From: an uncultured Candidatus Binatia bacterium
GTDB lineage: Bacteria > Desulfobacterota > Binatia > Bin18
DNA length: 64,000 nt
NCBI GenBank assembly: GCA_965200965.1
Contig: OZ241744.1
Location: forward strand, 2,560,001-2,624,000
Reading direction: 5' to 3'
Within the stretch, counting starts at the first letter, position 1, and each line of letters opens with the position of its first letter. Below, piece by piece: positions 53,991-63,857 of the stretch. The notes beneath the pieces were generated by a model. That model was not told the DNA's origin, ran no database searches, and saw nothing but the letters and a program-made list of their open reading frames with translations. Both the position numbers and the translations under genes were made by a program.

Positions 53991-55046
53991 ATGCACTTTG
54001 TTGATGAAGTTCGGGTTTTTGTCAAAGCGGGCAACGGCGGCAACGGCTGTATCAGCTTCCTGCGCGAAAAATACCGTCCCCGAGGCGGGCCGAACGGCGG
54101 CAACGGCGGCAACGGCGGGAGTGTGATTTTTCAGGTTGACCCGCAGCTCAGCACCTTGCTTGACCTGCGCTATGCCCAACATATCCGGGCGGCGCACGGT
54201 GAGCACGGACGCGGCAAGGACCAGCACGGGCGTGCGGCACGCGACCGTGTTGTCCGCGTGCCGCCCGGGACCCTCATTCGTGACCTTGACAGCGGAGAAC
54301 TGCTGGCCGACCTGACCCGACCCGGCAGCCAGGTCCTTGTCGCCAGAGGCGGCAACGGCGGCAAGGGAAATGCGTCTTTTACCTCGGCCAGAAACCGCTT
54401 GCCGCGCCAAGCCCAGCCCGGACAGGCCGGAGAAGAGCGCACCCTGCGGCTTGAGTTGCGCGTTCTGGCCGATGTGGGCCTGGTCGGATTTCCGAATGCC
54501 GGGAAATCGACCTTGCTGTCCAGCGTATCTGCCGCCCGGCCCCGGATTGCGGATTTTCCGTTTACCACCCTGACGCCCCACCTCGGTGTCGTCCGCTATG
54601 GAGACGACGGCGCGTTTGTCATGGCTGACATTCCCGGACTGATTGAGGGCGCGCACGAAGGGCATGGGCTTGGCGCGCGGTTTCTGCGTCACCTGTCACG
54701 CGCCTCGGTCCTGGTCTGTCTGCTCGATATTTCTGATCCCCAGCGCGATCCGTGGCACGATTATGGAGTCCTCACGCATGAGCTCCGCAGCTTTGATCCT
54801 GCCCTGCTTGAGCGGCCCCGGTTAGTCGCGATCACTAAGTATGATCTGCCCGCCGCCCAGGAGCGCTTTGCCGAGGTGGCGGCAACATTCGCCAGCCACG
54901 ATATTGGGCTGATGGCGCTGAGCGCTGTCAGCCGCAAGGGCGTGAGCGATCTGGTCTGGAACATCGTTCATGCGCTTGTCGACGCTCGAAAGCGGGCTGA
55001 GGAAGCTGCCGCCCAGCCCGACGATGAGGCTCAGGTATGGGATTAG
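53991..55046 (+). CDS. obgE: GTPase Obg/CgtA
   Basis: FVDEV..GNGGNG, GFPNAGKST, PFTT, DIPG. Confidence 0.97.
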   Translation: MHFVDEVRVFVKAGNGGNGCISFLREKYRPRGGPNGGNGGNGGSVIFQVDPQLSTLLDLRYAQHIRAAHGEHGRGKDQHGRAARDRVVRVPPGTLIRDLDSGELLADLTRPGSQVLVARGGNGGKGNASFTSARNRLPRQAQPGQAGEERTLRLELRVLADVGLVGFPNAGKSTLLSSVSAARPRIADFPFTTLTPHLGVVRYGDDGAFVMADIPGLIEGAHEGHGLGARFLRHLSRASVLVCLLDISDPQRDPWHDYGVLTHELRSFDPALLERPRLVAITKYDLPAAQERFAEVAATFASHDIGLMALSAVSRKGVSDLVWNIVHALVDARKRAEEAAAQPDDEAQVWD

Positions 55047-56191
55047 CCCAGACCCAACTCCTCCATAAAGCCGATATCCTGCGCCGCGCCCAGCGGGTCG
55101 TCATCAAGGTGGGCAGCAGTATCCTGTCCCGGCAGGATGGGGTGAACATCAACAGCGTCGAGCGTCTGGCACGGGAAATGTCGGCGCTGCGGGTCGGCAG
55201 TCAAGACCGGGACAGAGACATCGTTCTGGTCAGTTCAGGAGCCGTTGCTGCAGGAATGGGTCGCCTCGGTACCCAGTCCGAGCGGTCCCGGACAATTCCC
55301 AGCAAACAGGCCGCCGCGGCGGTCGGTCAGATCGCCCTGATGGCCCTGTATGAGCAGGCTTTTTCCCGCCACGGTGCTCATGTTGGCCAGATTCTGCTGA
55401 CCCATGACGATGTGGCCGACCGCCGCCGCTATCTGAACGCCAAGCACACCATGCGCACCCTGCTGGAGGCCGGCGTCATCCCGATTGTGAATGAGAACGA
55501 CAGTGTGGCCGTTGAGGAGATCGAGTTTGGCGATAACGATCATCTGTCGGCCCTGGTCGCCGTCCTTATCGAGGCCGACCTGCTGGTGATTCTGAGCGAT
55601 GTCAAGGGCTTGTACGAGCGCGACCCCCGGCTGCACGCCGATGCCCGACTGGTGCCCCTGGTGGAGCGGTGTGACACGCCCTATGCGGCCGGCGGTGCCG
55701 GTCCGCTCGGTCGGGGCGGTATGACCTCCAAACTCCAGGCCGCCCATAAGGCGGCCCTGTCCGGTATTCCGACGATTATCGCCGATGGACGCCACGACAA
55801 CAGCCTGCGGGCCGTTTTTGATCCCCATCTCCCGACCGGAACCGTATTTCTGCCGGTCAGCGACCGTATTGCCAACCGCAAGCACTGGATCGCCTATACG
55901 CTGAAACCGGCTGGCAGCTTACAGCTTGACGCCGGTGCCGCCGACGCAGTCCGGCACGCCGGCCGCAGCCTGCTGCCGGCCGGCGTGCGTGAGATACGGG
56001 GAACATTCGAGGTTGGCGAGTGTGTCGCCTGTGTAGACGAAAGCGGCCACGAGTTTGCCCGCGGGCTGGTCAACTACCATTCGACGGCCCTGGAGCGGAT
56101 CAAGGGCCTGAAAACCGGCCAGATTGAGCAGACCTTGGGCTATAAGGTCAGCGATGAGGTCATCCATCGGGACGATTTGGCCCTGTTGTAA
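55037..56191 (+). CDS. proB: Glutamate 5-kinase
   Basis: VIKVGSS, NENDSV, GDND, GGMTSK, PUA domain. Confidence 0.97.
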   Translation: MGLAQTQLLHKADILRRAQRVVIKVGSSILSRQDGVNINSVERLAREMSALRVGSQDRDRDIVLVSSGAVAAGMGRLGTQSERSRTIPSKQAAAAVGQIALMALYEQAFSRHGAHVGQILLTHDDVADRRRYLNAKHTMRTLLEAGVIPIVNENDSVAVEEIEFGDNDHLSALVAVLIEADLLVILSDVKGLYERDPRLHADARLVPLVERCDTPYAAGGAGPLGRGGMTSKLQAAHKAALSGIPTIIADGRHDNSLRAVFDPHLPTGTVFLPVSDRIANRKHWIAYTLKPAGSLQLDAGAADAVRHAGRSLLPAGVREIRGTFEVGECVACVDESGHEFARGLVNYHSTALERIKGLKTGQIEQTLGYKVSDEVIHRDDLALL

Positions 56192-56230
56192 GACCCATGC
56201 TGACAGAACGATGGGCTGTGGGAGACTGGT

Positions 56231-57487
56231 ATGGACCTTGAACATATGGTGGTCACGCTGTGTCAGGCGGCGAAAAAAGCGGCGCGGGAGTTGGCGACAA
56301 GCTCAACCCAGGCCAAAAACGAGGCGCTGCTCAAGGCCGCCGCGGCCCTGCGGCAGGCCAGCCGAACGCTCCTGGCCGCGAACGCTCAGGATGTTGAGGC
56401 CGGCCGCCAGAGTGGGCTGTCCCCGGCCATGCTTGATCGCCTGAGGCTGACCGAAGAGCGTATTGAGAGCATGGCGAACGGCCTGGAGATTCTGGTTGAT
56501 CTGCCCGACCCGGTGGGCGAGACAGTGGCCGCCTGGCGGCGTCCCAACGGCCTGGAGATCGCTCAGGTCCGTGTGCCGCTCGGCGTAGCAGGGATTATCT
56601 ATGAATCGCGTCCCAATGTAACCGCGGACGCCGCCGGCCTGGGGCTTAAGGCCGGCAATGCGGTCATTCTCAAAGGCGGCTCGGAGGCGTTTCGGACCAA
56701 CGGGGCCATTGTTGATGTGCTGACAACCGCCTGTGTCGAAGCCGGTTTGCCGCCAGCCGCGGCGCAACTCGTTCGTTCGACCGACCGGCAGTCGGTGCGC
56801 GTCCTGCTGCAACAGGACCGTTTTGTGGATGTGATTATCCCGCGTGGCGGGGAAGAACTCATTCAGGCGGTAACGGCGCAGTCCTCCATTCCGGTCATCC
56901 AGCACTTTTCGGGCGTCTGTCATACCTATGTGGATGCCGCGGCCGATTGCGACAAAGCCATGCGGATCGCCCTCAACGCCAAGACCCAACGTCCCTGGGT
57001 GTGTAACGCTATGGAAAATTTGCTGGTCCATAAAGCTGTTGCCCCCCGCTTCCTGCCGCCCTGCGTTGAGGCGCTTCACAAAGCCGGCGTAGAGGTTCGT
57101 GGCTGTGAGCGAAGCAGACGCCTCGTCCCCCACATCAAGGCGGCGACCGAGGCGGACTGGCAGACCGAGTACTTAGACCTGATCCTGTCGGTCAAGGTTG
57201 TTGATTCGGTTGACGAAGCCATTGCCTTTATTAACGATAATGGTTCCGGGCTGGCCGACGCCATTGTCAGCGAGGATTACACCAGCACACGGCGTTTTCT
57301 GCGCGAGATTGACTCGGCAACTGTGTACGCCAACGCCTCGACCCGCTTCACAGACGGCTATGAGTTCGGCTTTGGGGCCGAGGTCGGCATCTCCACCAAC
57401 CGGCTCCATGCCCGCGGCCCGATGGGGCTGCGCGAGCTGACGACGTATAAATATGTGATCCACGGTGACGGTCAGGTCAGAGCGTAG
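56231..57487 (+). CDS. proA: Gamma-glutamyl phosphate reductase
   Basis: IYESRPNVT, CNAME, NASTRFTDG, LHARGPMG. Confidence 0.97.
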   Translation: MDLEHMVVTLCQAAKKAARELATSSTQAKNEALLKAAAALRQASRTLLAANAQDVEAGRQSGLSPAMLDRLRLTEERIESMANGLEILVDLPDPVGETVAAWRRPNGLEIAQVRVPLGVAGIIYESRPNVTADAAGLGLKAGNAVILKGGSEAFRTNGAIVDVLTTACVEAGLPPAAAQLVRSTDRQSVRVLLQQDRFVDVIIPRGGEELIQAVTAQSSIPVIQHFSGVCHTYVDAAADCDKAMRIALNAKTQRPWVCNAMENLLVHKAVAPRFLPPCVEALHKAGVEVRGCERSRRLVPHIKAATEADWQTEYLDLILSVKVVDSVDEAIAFINDNGSGLADAIVSEDYTSTRRFLREIDSATVYANASTRFTDGYEFGFGAEVGISTNRLHARGPMGLRELTTYKYVIHGDGQVRA

Positions 57488-57494
57488 GCGTGTC

Positions 57495-58133
57495 ATGCGG
57501 GTTGGCATTTTTGGCGGCACATTCAATCCGATCCACCTCGGCCACGTTCGGAGCGCCAACGAGATTCGTCACAGCTGCAACCTGGACCATATCTATTTTG
57601 TCCCCTCGGCCCGTCCCCCGCATAAAGACGCCGGTGAGATGGCGGGCGGGCGGCATCGGCTGCGGATGGTCGAGCTGGCCGTAGCCGATGAGCCGGCCTT
57701 CTCGGCCTCGGCGGTTGAGCTTGAGCGCGCCGGGCCGTCCTACTCGGTCGATACGATCCGGCACTTTCGGGCCGCGCTGCCATCGGCCTCGCTGTCCTTC
57801 ATCCTGGGGCTTGACGCCTTTCTGGCAATTCAGACCTGGAAAGACTATCGGACGCTTCCCTCCCTGTGTCACCTGATTGTCACCTCACGGCCCGGCACAC
57901 CACGCCCGCGCTGCCCGCTTCCCGTTGATTTTCGATCTGTTTTTTGTTATGACCCAGCCCTGAGGATGTATACCCACCCTTCACATTCTACCCTTGTTCT
58001 GTGTGAGATCCGCGGTCTCAATATCTCAGCGTCAGCGATCCGTCGAAACATTCAAAGCGGCGCATCTGTTCGCTCTCTCGTCCATCCGGCGGTGGCTGCC
58101 TATATTGCAGACCACGGTTTGTACCAGAGGTGA
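57495..58133 (+). CDS. nadD: Nicotinate-nucleotide adenylyltransferase
   Basis: GGTFNPIHLGH, PPHK, ISASAIR. Confidence 0.96.
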   Translation: MRVGIFGGTFNPIHLGHVRSANEIRHSCNLDHIYFVPSARPPHKDAGEMAGGRHRLRMVELAVADEPAFSASAVELERAGPSYSVDTIRHFRAALPSASLSFILGLDAFLAIQTWKDYRTLPSLCHLIVTSRPGTPRPRCPLPVDFRSVFCYDPALRMYTHPSHSTLVLCEIRGLNISASAIRRNIQSGASVRSLVHPAVAAYIADHGLYQR

Positions 58134-58185
58134 TTATGATGTGGTGGTATCACGTTCACTTTTACCCGCGGGAGAGGTTGGTATT

Positions 58186-58578
58186 TTGATCGATACAAGC
58201 TGGGAAAAAGCTCTTCAGTGCGCCCAGTCTGCGCTTGACAAAAAAGCCTATGACCTCGTTGCGCTCAAGGTCAGCACCCTTACCCCGGTCGCCGACTATT
58301 TCATTGTGTGTACCGGCCGCTCGGATACCCAGGTGCGCGGCATTTGCGAGGCCGTCCGGGAAGCCTTGTCGGCGCAGGGCATCCACCCCTTGGCGGTAGA
58401 AGGTTTTGTCAACGGCCAGTGGGTGCTGATCGATTTTGGCGATGTGGTGGTCCATATTTTCTATGAGGATGTCCGGGAGTTCTACAATCTGGACGGTCTG
58501 TGGGCCAAGGCGTCACGCTGTGAGTTGCCCGAACCATACTCAAGCCAAGCCCAAGACCTCAAGCTCGCAACGGCCTGA
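58186..58578 (+). CDS. rsfS: Ribosome silencing factor
   Basis: DKKAYD, DYFIVCTG, WVLIDFGDVVVHIF..FYNLDGLW. Confidence 0.95.
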   Translation: MIDTSWEKALQCAQSALDKKAYDLVALKVSTLTPVADYFIVCTGRSDTQVRGICEAVREALSAQGIHPLAVEGFVNGQWVLIDFGDVVVHIFYEDVREFYNLDGLWAKASRCELPEPYSSQAQDLKLATA

Positions 58579-58615
58579 GGGCTCGGCTACAGGCGGAGTT
58601 TGACGGGGAGATTCC

Positions 58616-59053
58616 ATGGCTCGCACTTCTACTCTGACCGAAATCCTCTACTATGGGAGCACCCGCCAGGAACAGTACTGGGAAAACGAAGGCCAAACGC
58701 TCCGTATTGCCCGTGATACCTCATCGCCGATGTGGCTGGCCTACCGCAAGCAGAGCGGTGCCTACCAGCCTTTTCCAGCCCGACCGCGCACGGCCGCAAC
58801 ACGAAAACGGAACCGTCATGGACAGGCCGCGGCCCTGCCCCTGGCCGGGCGCAGCGCCGAAGAGGTGGTCGCCCAGCTCAAAAAGTTTCATAAGTTGAGC
58901 CTGTTCCTTGAGCAGCGTTTGCGGAGATGGATGAACAAGAGTTCAGGCGAGCGGGTCCTGGCCTTTCTTGACCCCAACCAGGGCGGCACGCCGGTCATGA
59001 CCGATCCTGGGATTCCGCACTCCCAGCACAGCCACCCGCCCAAAGCGCACTAG
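58616..59053 (+). CDS. Hypothetical protein
   Basis: GGGGAG RBS, 145-aa ORF co-oriented with operon. Confidence 0.55.
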   Translation: MARTSTLTEILYYGSTRQEQYWENEGQTLRIARDTSSPMWLAYRKQSGAYQPFPARPRTAATRKRNRHGQAAALPLAGRSAEEVVAQLKKFHKLSLFLEQRLRRWMNKSSGERVLAFLDPNQGGTPVMTDPGIPHSQHSHPPKAH

Positions 59054-59107
59054 GGCTGGTCTGTCCTCCCCATGTACTCCGGCGCATGATGCAGCAGGCG
59101 GTGGCCT

Positions 59108-59824
59108 ATGGATAGAGAGGCGGTTGAGTCCAAGACGCAGCGCTTTCAGCACAAAATAGACCAACTGCGGCCGGCCCTCGACGAGCGCCGACAGGTCTAC
59201 AAGCAGAAAAAAGCCAGGGGTCAAAGGCTCAGGAAACGGATCACGGCGGTGGCGCTCGGCGTGGTCGGGACTGCTCTGCTGGCCCTCTACATCCGGCCCG
59301 CTCATGTCCCCGAGCGCCACGAAACCGCCGCCCCAAAGCTGGTGCCGCCCGCGGTCCAGCAAAAACCGGCCGTCTCCGACCCTCCCGCCCCACCCCCTCA
59401 GCCGGCCTCCCCAACGCCGGAAGCGGCACCTGACCCGGCCCTGACCGTCATAGTTGCCGCGGCCGAGGCGGCTGAAGTTCCCCCGCCGAAGCCGCCGGCC
59501 CAACTGCGGATTGACCGCAGCCTGAGTTGCCGGGCAGTGTGGGAACGAGAATGCAGCCAGCCCCAGGCCAGCTTTGCCCCGCACGAGCGTCCCCATGTCT
59601 GGACGATCGTCCTCGCCCAGTCCACGCCACAGGTCCTGACCCATGTCTGGTACCACGAGGGCCGGAAATACTGCGAAGTGCCGCTCGATATTGAACATCC
59701 CCGCACCCGGACCTGGAGTGCGGTCAGCCTGCGCGGCCCGGTCCACCTTGGTTCCTGGAAGGTCGATATTGTAACCGAAGACGGCACCGTATTAGACTCG
59801 GTGGCGTTCTCTGTCAGCGCGTAA
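59108..59824 (+). CDS. DUF2914-like membrane-anchored protein
   Basis: TM, Pro-rich linker, HVWYHEG..RTWS..GSWKVDIV. Confidence 0.75.
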   Translation: MDREAVESKTQRFQHKIDQLRPALDERRQVYKQKKARGQRLRKRITAVALGVVGTALLALYIRPAHVPERHETAAPKLVPPAVQQKPAVSDPPAPPPQPASPTPEAAPDPALTVIVAAAEAAEVPPPKPPAQLRIDRSLSCRAVWERECSQPQASFAPHERPHVWTIVLAQSTPQVLTHVWYHEGRKYCEVPLDIEHPRTRTWSAVSLRGPVHLGSWKVDIVTEDGTVLDSVAFSVSA

Positions 59825-59966
59825 TCGTCCACGAGAGAAAGACAGCCACGACCGCCTTTCCCCCCACTCCAACACCCACGCCAGAAACCCGCGGCCAAGG
59901 CTTGCAGGAGGCTTTTCAAACTTGCTACATATCTGCGCAACCGCAGACCAGACAGGGGCGACACCG

Positions 59967-60536
59967 ATGAATACACAACACAGCGAACCATCTCCACAGC
60001 AGAGCAGAGAGATTGCCACCCTCGGCGGCGGCTGCTTCTGGTGTCTCGAAGCGGTCTATGTCGAACTCAAGGGCGTTGAGCAGGTGGTGTCCGGCTACAC
60101 CGGCGGGCAGGTTCCAGACCCGTCGTATGAGGCGGTGTGTGCCGGCACGACCGGCCACGCCGAAGTGGTCCAGGTGACGTATGACCCCGGGGCGATCTCC
60201 TTCCAGGACATCCTCCAGGTCTTCTTCACCATCCACGACCCGACCACCCTGAACCGCCAGGGCGCGGATGTCGGCACCCAGTACCGATCGGCCATCTACT
60301 ACCACACCCCGGCCCAGGCAGAGATTGCCGCCGCGGTCATCCAGGAGCTTGAGACCGCCGGCGTGTGGGACGGCAACATTGTCACCGAAGTCACCCCGGC
60401 CGGTCCCTTCTATCCGGCAGAAGACTACCACCAGGACTTTTTCGCCAACAATCCCTACCAGCCCTACTGTCAGTATGTCGTGGTCCCCAAGGTCACGAAG
60501 CTGCGCAAAGCCTTTGCCGAAAAGCTCAAACGCTAA
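59967..60536 (+). CDS. msrA: Peptide methionine sulfoxide reductase A
   Basis: GGGCFWC, GHAEVV, HDPT, AEDYHQ. Confidence 0.97.
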   Translation: MNTQHSEPSPQQSREIATLGGGCFWCLEAVYVELKGVEQVVSGYTGGQVPDPSYEAVCAGTTGHAEVVQVTYDPGAISFQDILQVFFTIHDPTTLNRQGADVGTQYRSAIYYHTPAQAEIAAAVIQELETAGVWDGNIVTEVTPAGPFYPAEDYHQDFFANNPYQPYCQYVVVPKVTKLRKAFAEKLKR

Positions 60537-60560
60537 GCCTCCCTCACAGGTGAAGGAGGA

Positions 60561-61817
60561 ATGACGATGGCTGATATGGTGGAGGAGGGACGGGAATATT
60601 GCCGTCTTCGGGGCGAGGGGCATTCAATCGAAGAAATCGCCTCAACGATTGGGAAGAGGGCTCAGTATGTCCGAGACCGGATTGCGGTGTGGAACTCTGG
60701 TGATGACCTCAAGAAAGTAGCAAAGGACATTGACCAAGGGGGGATAGGCAAGAACTTTGCCGCGCGGATCGCACGGCGGACCAAAGACGACCCTGAGAAG
60801 CAAAAGGAGTTGGTCAAGCGAGCGAAGAAGGGGCCTGAAGAGCGGGAAAAGATCAAGAAAGAGCTTAACCAAAACGGCCGGGTCGTGACCCGCTTTCCGC
60901 CCAAAGGAAGGGAACGGGAACTTGTCCCTGACCCTTCTCCTACTCCCGACCTGAACACCCTGGCCGGCGAGCTCCTGTTCGACATTGCCGAGTTGCGTAA
61001 CATTGAGCGGCTGCTTGACGACAAACGCCAAGTCATCTTTCAGGGGCCGCCCGGAACGGGCAAGACCTATGTTGCGCAGCAGCTGGCGGCCTGCCTGGCC
61101 GGCTCTGATGAGCGCGTCCGGCTGGTCCAGTTTCACCCGTCCTACGCCTACGAGGATTTCGTCCAAGGCTTCCGCCCCACGCTGGAGGGCGGGCAGCCCG
61201 GCTTTACGCTCAGAGACGGCCCGCTGCTGGAAACGGCCAAGAGGGCGCGGGAGGAGCCGGACACGCGCCACTTTCTGGTGATTGACGAAATCAACCGTGG
61301 CAATCTCGCCAAGGTGTTCGGTGAGCTCTATTTTCTGCTGGAGTACCGGGACCACAAGATGCGCCTGCTGTACGCCGATCGGCCGTTCTCGCTCCCCGCC
61401 AATCTCTTCATCATCGGCACGATGAACACCGCCGACCGCTCCATTGCGCTGGTAGACCTCGCGCTGCGCCGCCGCTTCCACTTCGTAGAGTTCCACCCCG
61501 ACACGCCGCCGGTCAAGGGGCTGCTGAGGCGTTGGCTGGCAGAGAACAAGCCCGATATGGCGCAGGTGGCCGCCCTTGTTGACCGTGCCAACGAGAAGCT
61601 GGACGACCGGCAGGCGGCCATCGGCCCGAGCTACTTTATGAAGGACGGCCTCAACGAGGAAACGCTGAGCCTGATCTGGCAGCACAACGTGCTCCCCTAC
61701 ATCGAAGAGCATCTGTATGGGGAGCGCGACCGCCTCGGCAAGTTCGCCCTTGATGAACTCCGGCGCGACGTGAGACAAGACCGCGGCGAGCAGGACGCCG
61801 GCGATGCGTCAGATTGA
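60561..61817 (+). CDS. mcrB: McrB-family GTPase with ParB/Spo0J-like HTH N-terminus
   Basis: GPPGTGKT, QFHPSYAYEDF, IDEINRGN, MNTADRS. Confidence 0.9.
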   Translation: MTMADMVEEGREYCRLRGEGHSIEEIASTIGKRAQYVRDRIAVWNSGDDLKKVAKDIDQGGIGKNFAARIARRTKDDPEKQKELVKRAKKGPEEREKIKKELNQNGRVVTRFPPKGRERELVPDPSPTPDLNTLAGELLFDIAELRNIERLLDDKRQVIFQGPPGTGKTYVAQQLAACLAGSDERVRLVQFHPSYAYEDFVQGFRPTLEGGQPGFTLRDGPLLETAKRAREEPDTRHFLVIDEINRGNLAKVFGELYFLLEYRDHKMRLLYADRPFSLPANLFIIGTMNTADRSIALVDLALRRRFHFVEFHPDTPPVKGLLRRWLAENKPDMAQVAALVDRANEKLDDRQAAIGPSYFMKDGLNEETLSLIWQHNVLPYIEEHLYGERDRLGKFALDELRRDVRQDRGEQDAGDASD

Positions 61818-63039
61818 TCTGTGTGAACACGTCCCAAGCGCCCCCGTCCGGCTTTCTGTCACCGAGCGCGACCGCCTGCGTGAAGTCCTGCCCTCACTCG
61901 CCATTGCGCCGGCGCGTGGCCAAGACGGCGTGTACTGCCTGACCCCCGGTTCCACCATCGGCGCGCTTGAGATTGGCGAGCTGTCGGTATCCATCCGTCC
62001 CAAACTTGACATTGCGCGCGTCCTCTTCCTGGCCTCCTACGCCCTGGGCGCGTTCAGACTGCGGGACAGGGAGCGTTTCGATTTCGAGGACGCGCCGTCG
62101 CTTGTCGAAGCCCTGGCCTTAGCGCTTGTTGCCGCGGCCCGCCGGGCGTTTGCCCACGGCCTGCTCCACGGCTATCGGACCGAAGAAGAGGCCCTGCCCA
62201 CCGTTCGTGGCCGCGTCCGCACCGCCGAGCAGATACGCCGCCGGTTCGGCGTCGCTCCGCCCCTTGAAGTCCGCTACGACGAGTTTACCTGTGACATCAC
62301 GGCCAACCGCCTGGTGAAGGCGGCTGCCGCGCGGCTCGGTCGCAGACGGCTCCGCGGGCCGCGCACCCGCGCCGGCCTCGGCTGGGTCGGCACACGGCTG
62401 GAGAACGTATCGTCCGTCGAGTTCCCGGCGACCAGGGTTCCCGAAGTGGCATTTGACCGGCTGAACGCCCACTACCGCGAGGTCGTGGCCCTGTCGCGGC
62501 TCGTCCTGCGCCAGCACTCCTTTGAAGCCGGTCGCGGCCCCGCCCGGGCCGCCGGCTTTCTGATGGACATGAACACGGTCTTCCAGGGTTTTGTCACCCA
62601 GGCACTCCGGGAGAAACTCGGCCTCTCAGACAGAACATTCCGCACCGACACCGGCCTTCCCCGCCCCAGCCTTGATGAGGCCGGGCTGATTTTGCTCAAG
62701 CCCGACCTGTCGTGGTGGGACGGCCGGCGCTGCGTCTTTGTCGGCGACGCCAAGTACAAGCGCATCAACGAGCGCGTGCCCAACGCCGACCTCTATCAAC
62801 TCCTGGCCTACGCCAGCGCCCTTGAGTTGCCGGGCGGGCTGCTCGTCTATGCCGAGGGCGAGGCCGAGCCGGCGGTCCATCGCGTCCGCCACGCTGGAAA
62901 ACGGCTGGAGATTGCCGCCCTTGACCTGTCCGGAACAACAGATGCATTGCTGGCCGACATTGGCAAGCTGGCGCACAGCGTCCGCGCCTTGCGCCATACA
63001 GTTGGCGGCTTGAGGCCGGGCGGTGTCGCCGTGGCCTGA
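61804..63039 (+). CDS. mcrC: McrC-family nuclease
   Basis: FLMDMNTVFQ, LKPDL..GDAKYK, DLYQLLAY; overlaps mcrB. Confidence 0.9.
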   Translation: MRQIDLCEHVPSAPVRLSVTERDRLREVLPSLAIAPARGQDGVYCLTPGSTIGALEIGELSVSIRPKLDIARVLFLASYALGAFRLRDRERFDFEDAPSLVEALALALVAAARRAFAHGLLHGYRTEEEALPTVRGRVRTAEQIRRRFGVAPPLEVRYDEFTCDITANRLVKAAAARLGRRRLRGPRTRAGLGWVGTRLENVSSVEFPATRVPEVAFDRLNAHYREVVALSRLVLRQHSFEAGRGPARAAGFLMDMNTVFQGFVTQALREKLGLSDRTFRTDTGLPRPSLDEAGLILLKPDLSWWDGRRCVFVGDAKYKRINERVPNADLYQLLAYASALELPGGLLVYAEGEAEPAVHRVRHAGKRLEIAALDLSGTTDALLADIGKLAHSVRALRHTVGGLRPGGVAVA

Positions 63040-63092
63040 CTTGTCCTGGCCGGTCCAGGATGCTTTAAGTTTCAGCCACAAGGAGGACAGCC

Positions 63093-63857
63093 ATGCCCAT
63101 GTTTGACGACTACGCCCACGCCTACAAGCACGTTCGCATGGAACGGCGGGACGGCATTTTGCAGATGCAACTCCACACCGACGGTGGCACGCTGCGCTGG
63201 GGAGAGGGGCCGCATTCCGAGTTGGGGCGCTGCTTTTACGATGTCGGCAGTGACCCGGACAACAAGGTCATTATTCTGACCGGGACGGAGGACAAGTTTA
63301 TCGCCCGCTTCGCGCGTGAGGACCAGTGGGAGATCACCCCCCAACGCTGGGACCATATCTACTGGGACGCCAAAAAGCTGCTGATGAACCACCTCGATAT
63401 TGAGGTACCGATGATTGCCGCGGTCAACGGCCCGGCCACCATCCACGCCGAGCTGGGCGTGCTGTGTGATATCGTGCTGGCGACCGAGGACAGCGTCTTC
63501 CAGGACGCGCCCCATTTTCCAAACGGCATCGTGCCAGGCGATGGCGTGCATGTGGTCTGGCCGCTGCTGCTCGGCATCAACCGGGGCCGCTACTTTCTGC
63601 TGACCGGCCAGAAGCTATCGGCTCAGGACGCGCTGAACCTCGGTGTGGTGAACGAGATTGTGCCGCGTGAGCAACTGCTGGCCCGCGCCTGGGAGCTGGC
63701 CGGGCAGATCGCCGACCAACCGCGGCTGACCGTCCGCTACGCCCGGGTTGCCCTCACCCAGCAACTCAAGCGGCTGATGCTTGACCACCTCGGCTACGGC
63801 CTGTCGCTGGAAGGCTTGGGCGCGAACGATTACTGGCCGGGCGGCAAAAAGCGTTAG
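63093..63857 (+). CDS. Crotonase-fold enoyl-CoA hydratase / 6-oxocamphor (beta-diketone) hydrolase-like
   Basis: [34 protein letters not shown]. Confidence 0.85.
   Translation: MPMFDDYAHAYKHVRMERRDGILQMQLHTDGGTLRWGEGPHSELGRCFYDVGSDPDNKVIILTGTEDKFIARFAREDQWEITPQRWDHIYWDAKKLLMNHLDIEVPMIAAVNGPATIHAELGVLCDIVLATEDSVFQDAPHFPNGIVPGDGVHVVWPLLLGINRGRYFLLTGQKLSAQDALNLGVVNEIVPREQLLARAWELAGQIADQPRLTVRYARVALTQQLKRLMLDHLGYGLSLEGLGANDYWPGGKKR

Noticed and set aside
54030-54120. GGCAACGGC repeats
   Set aside because: Encode the normal glycine-rich Obg fold
59823-59859. Possible further family A copy (also aagacaagtctt at 33185-33196 and a B-like stretch at 43285-43315)
   Set aside because: Too degenerate to support by eye; needs a profile search
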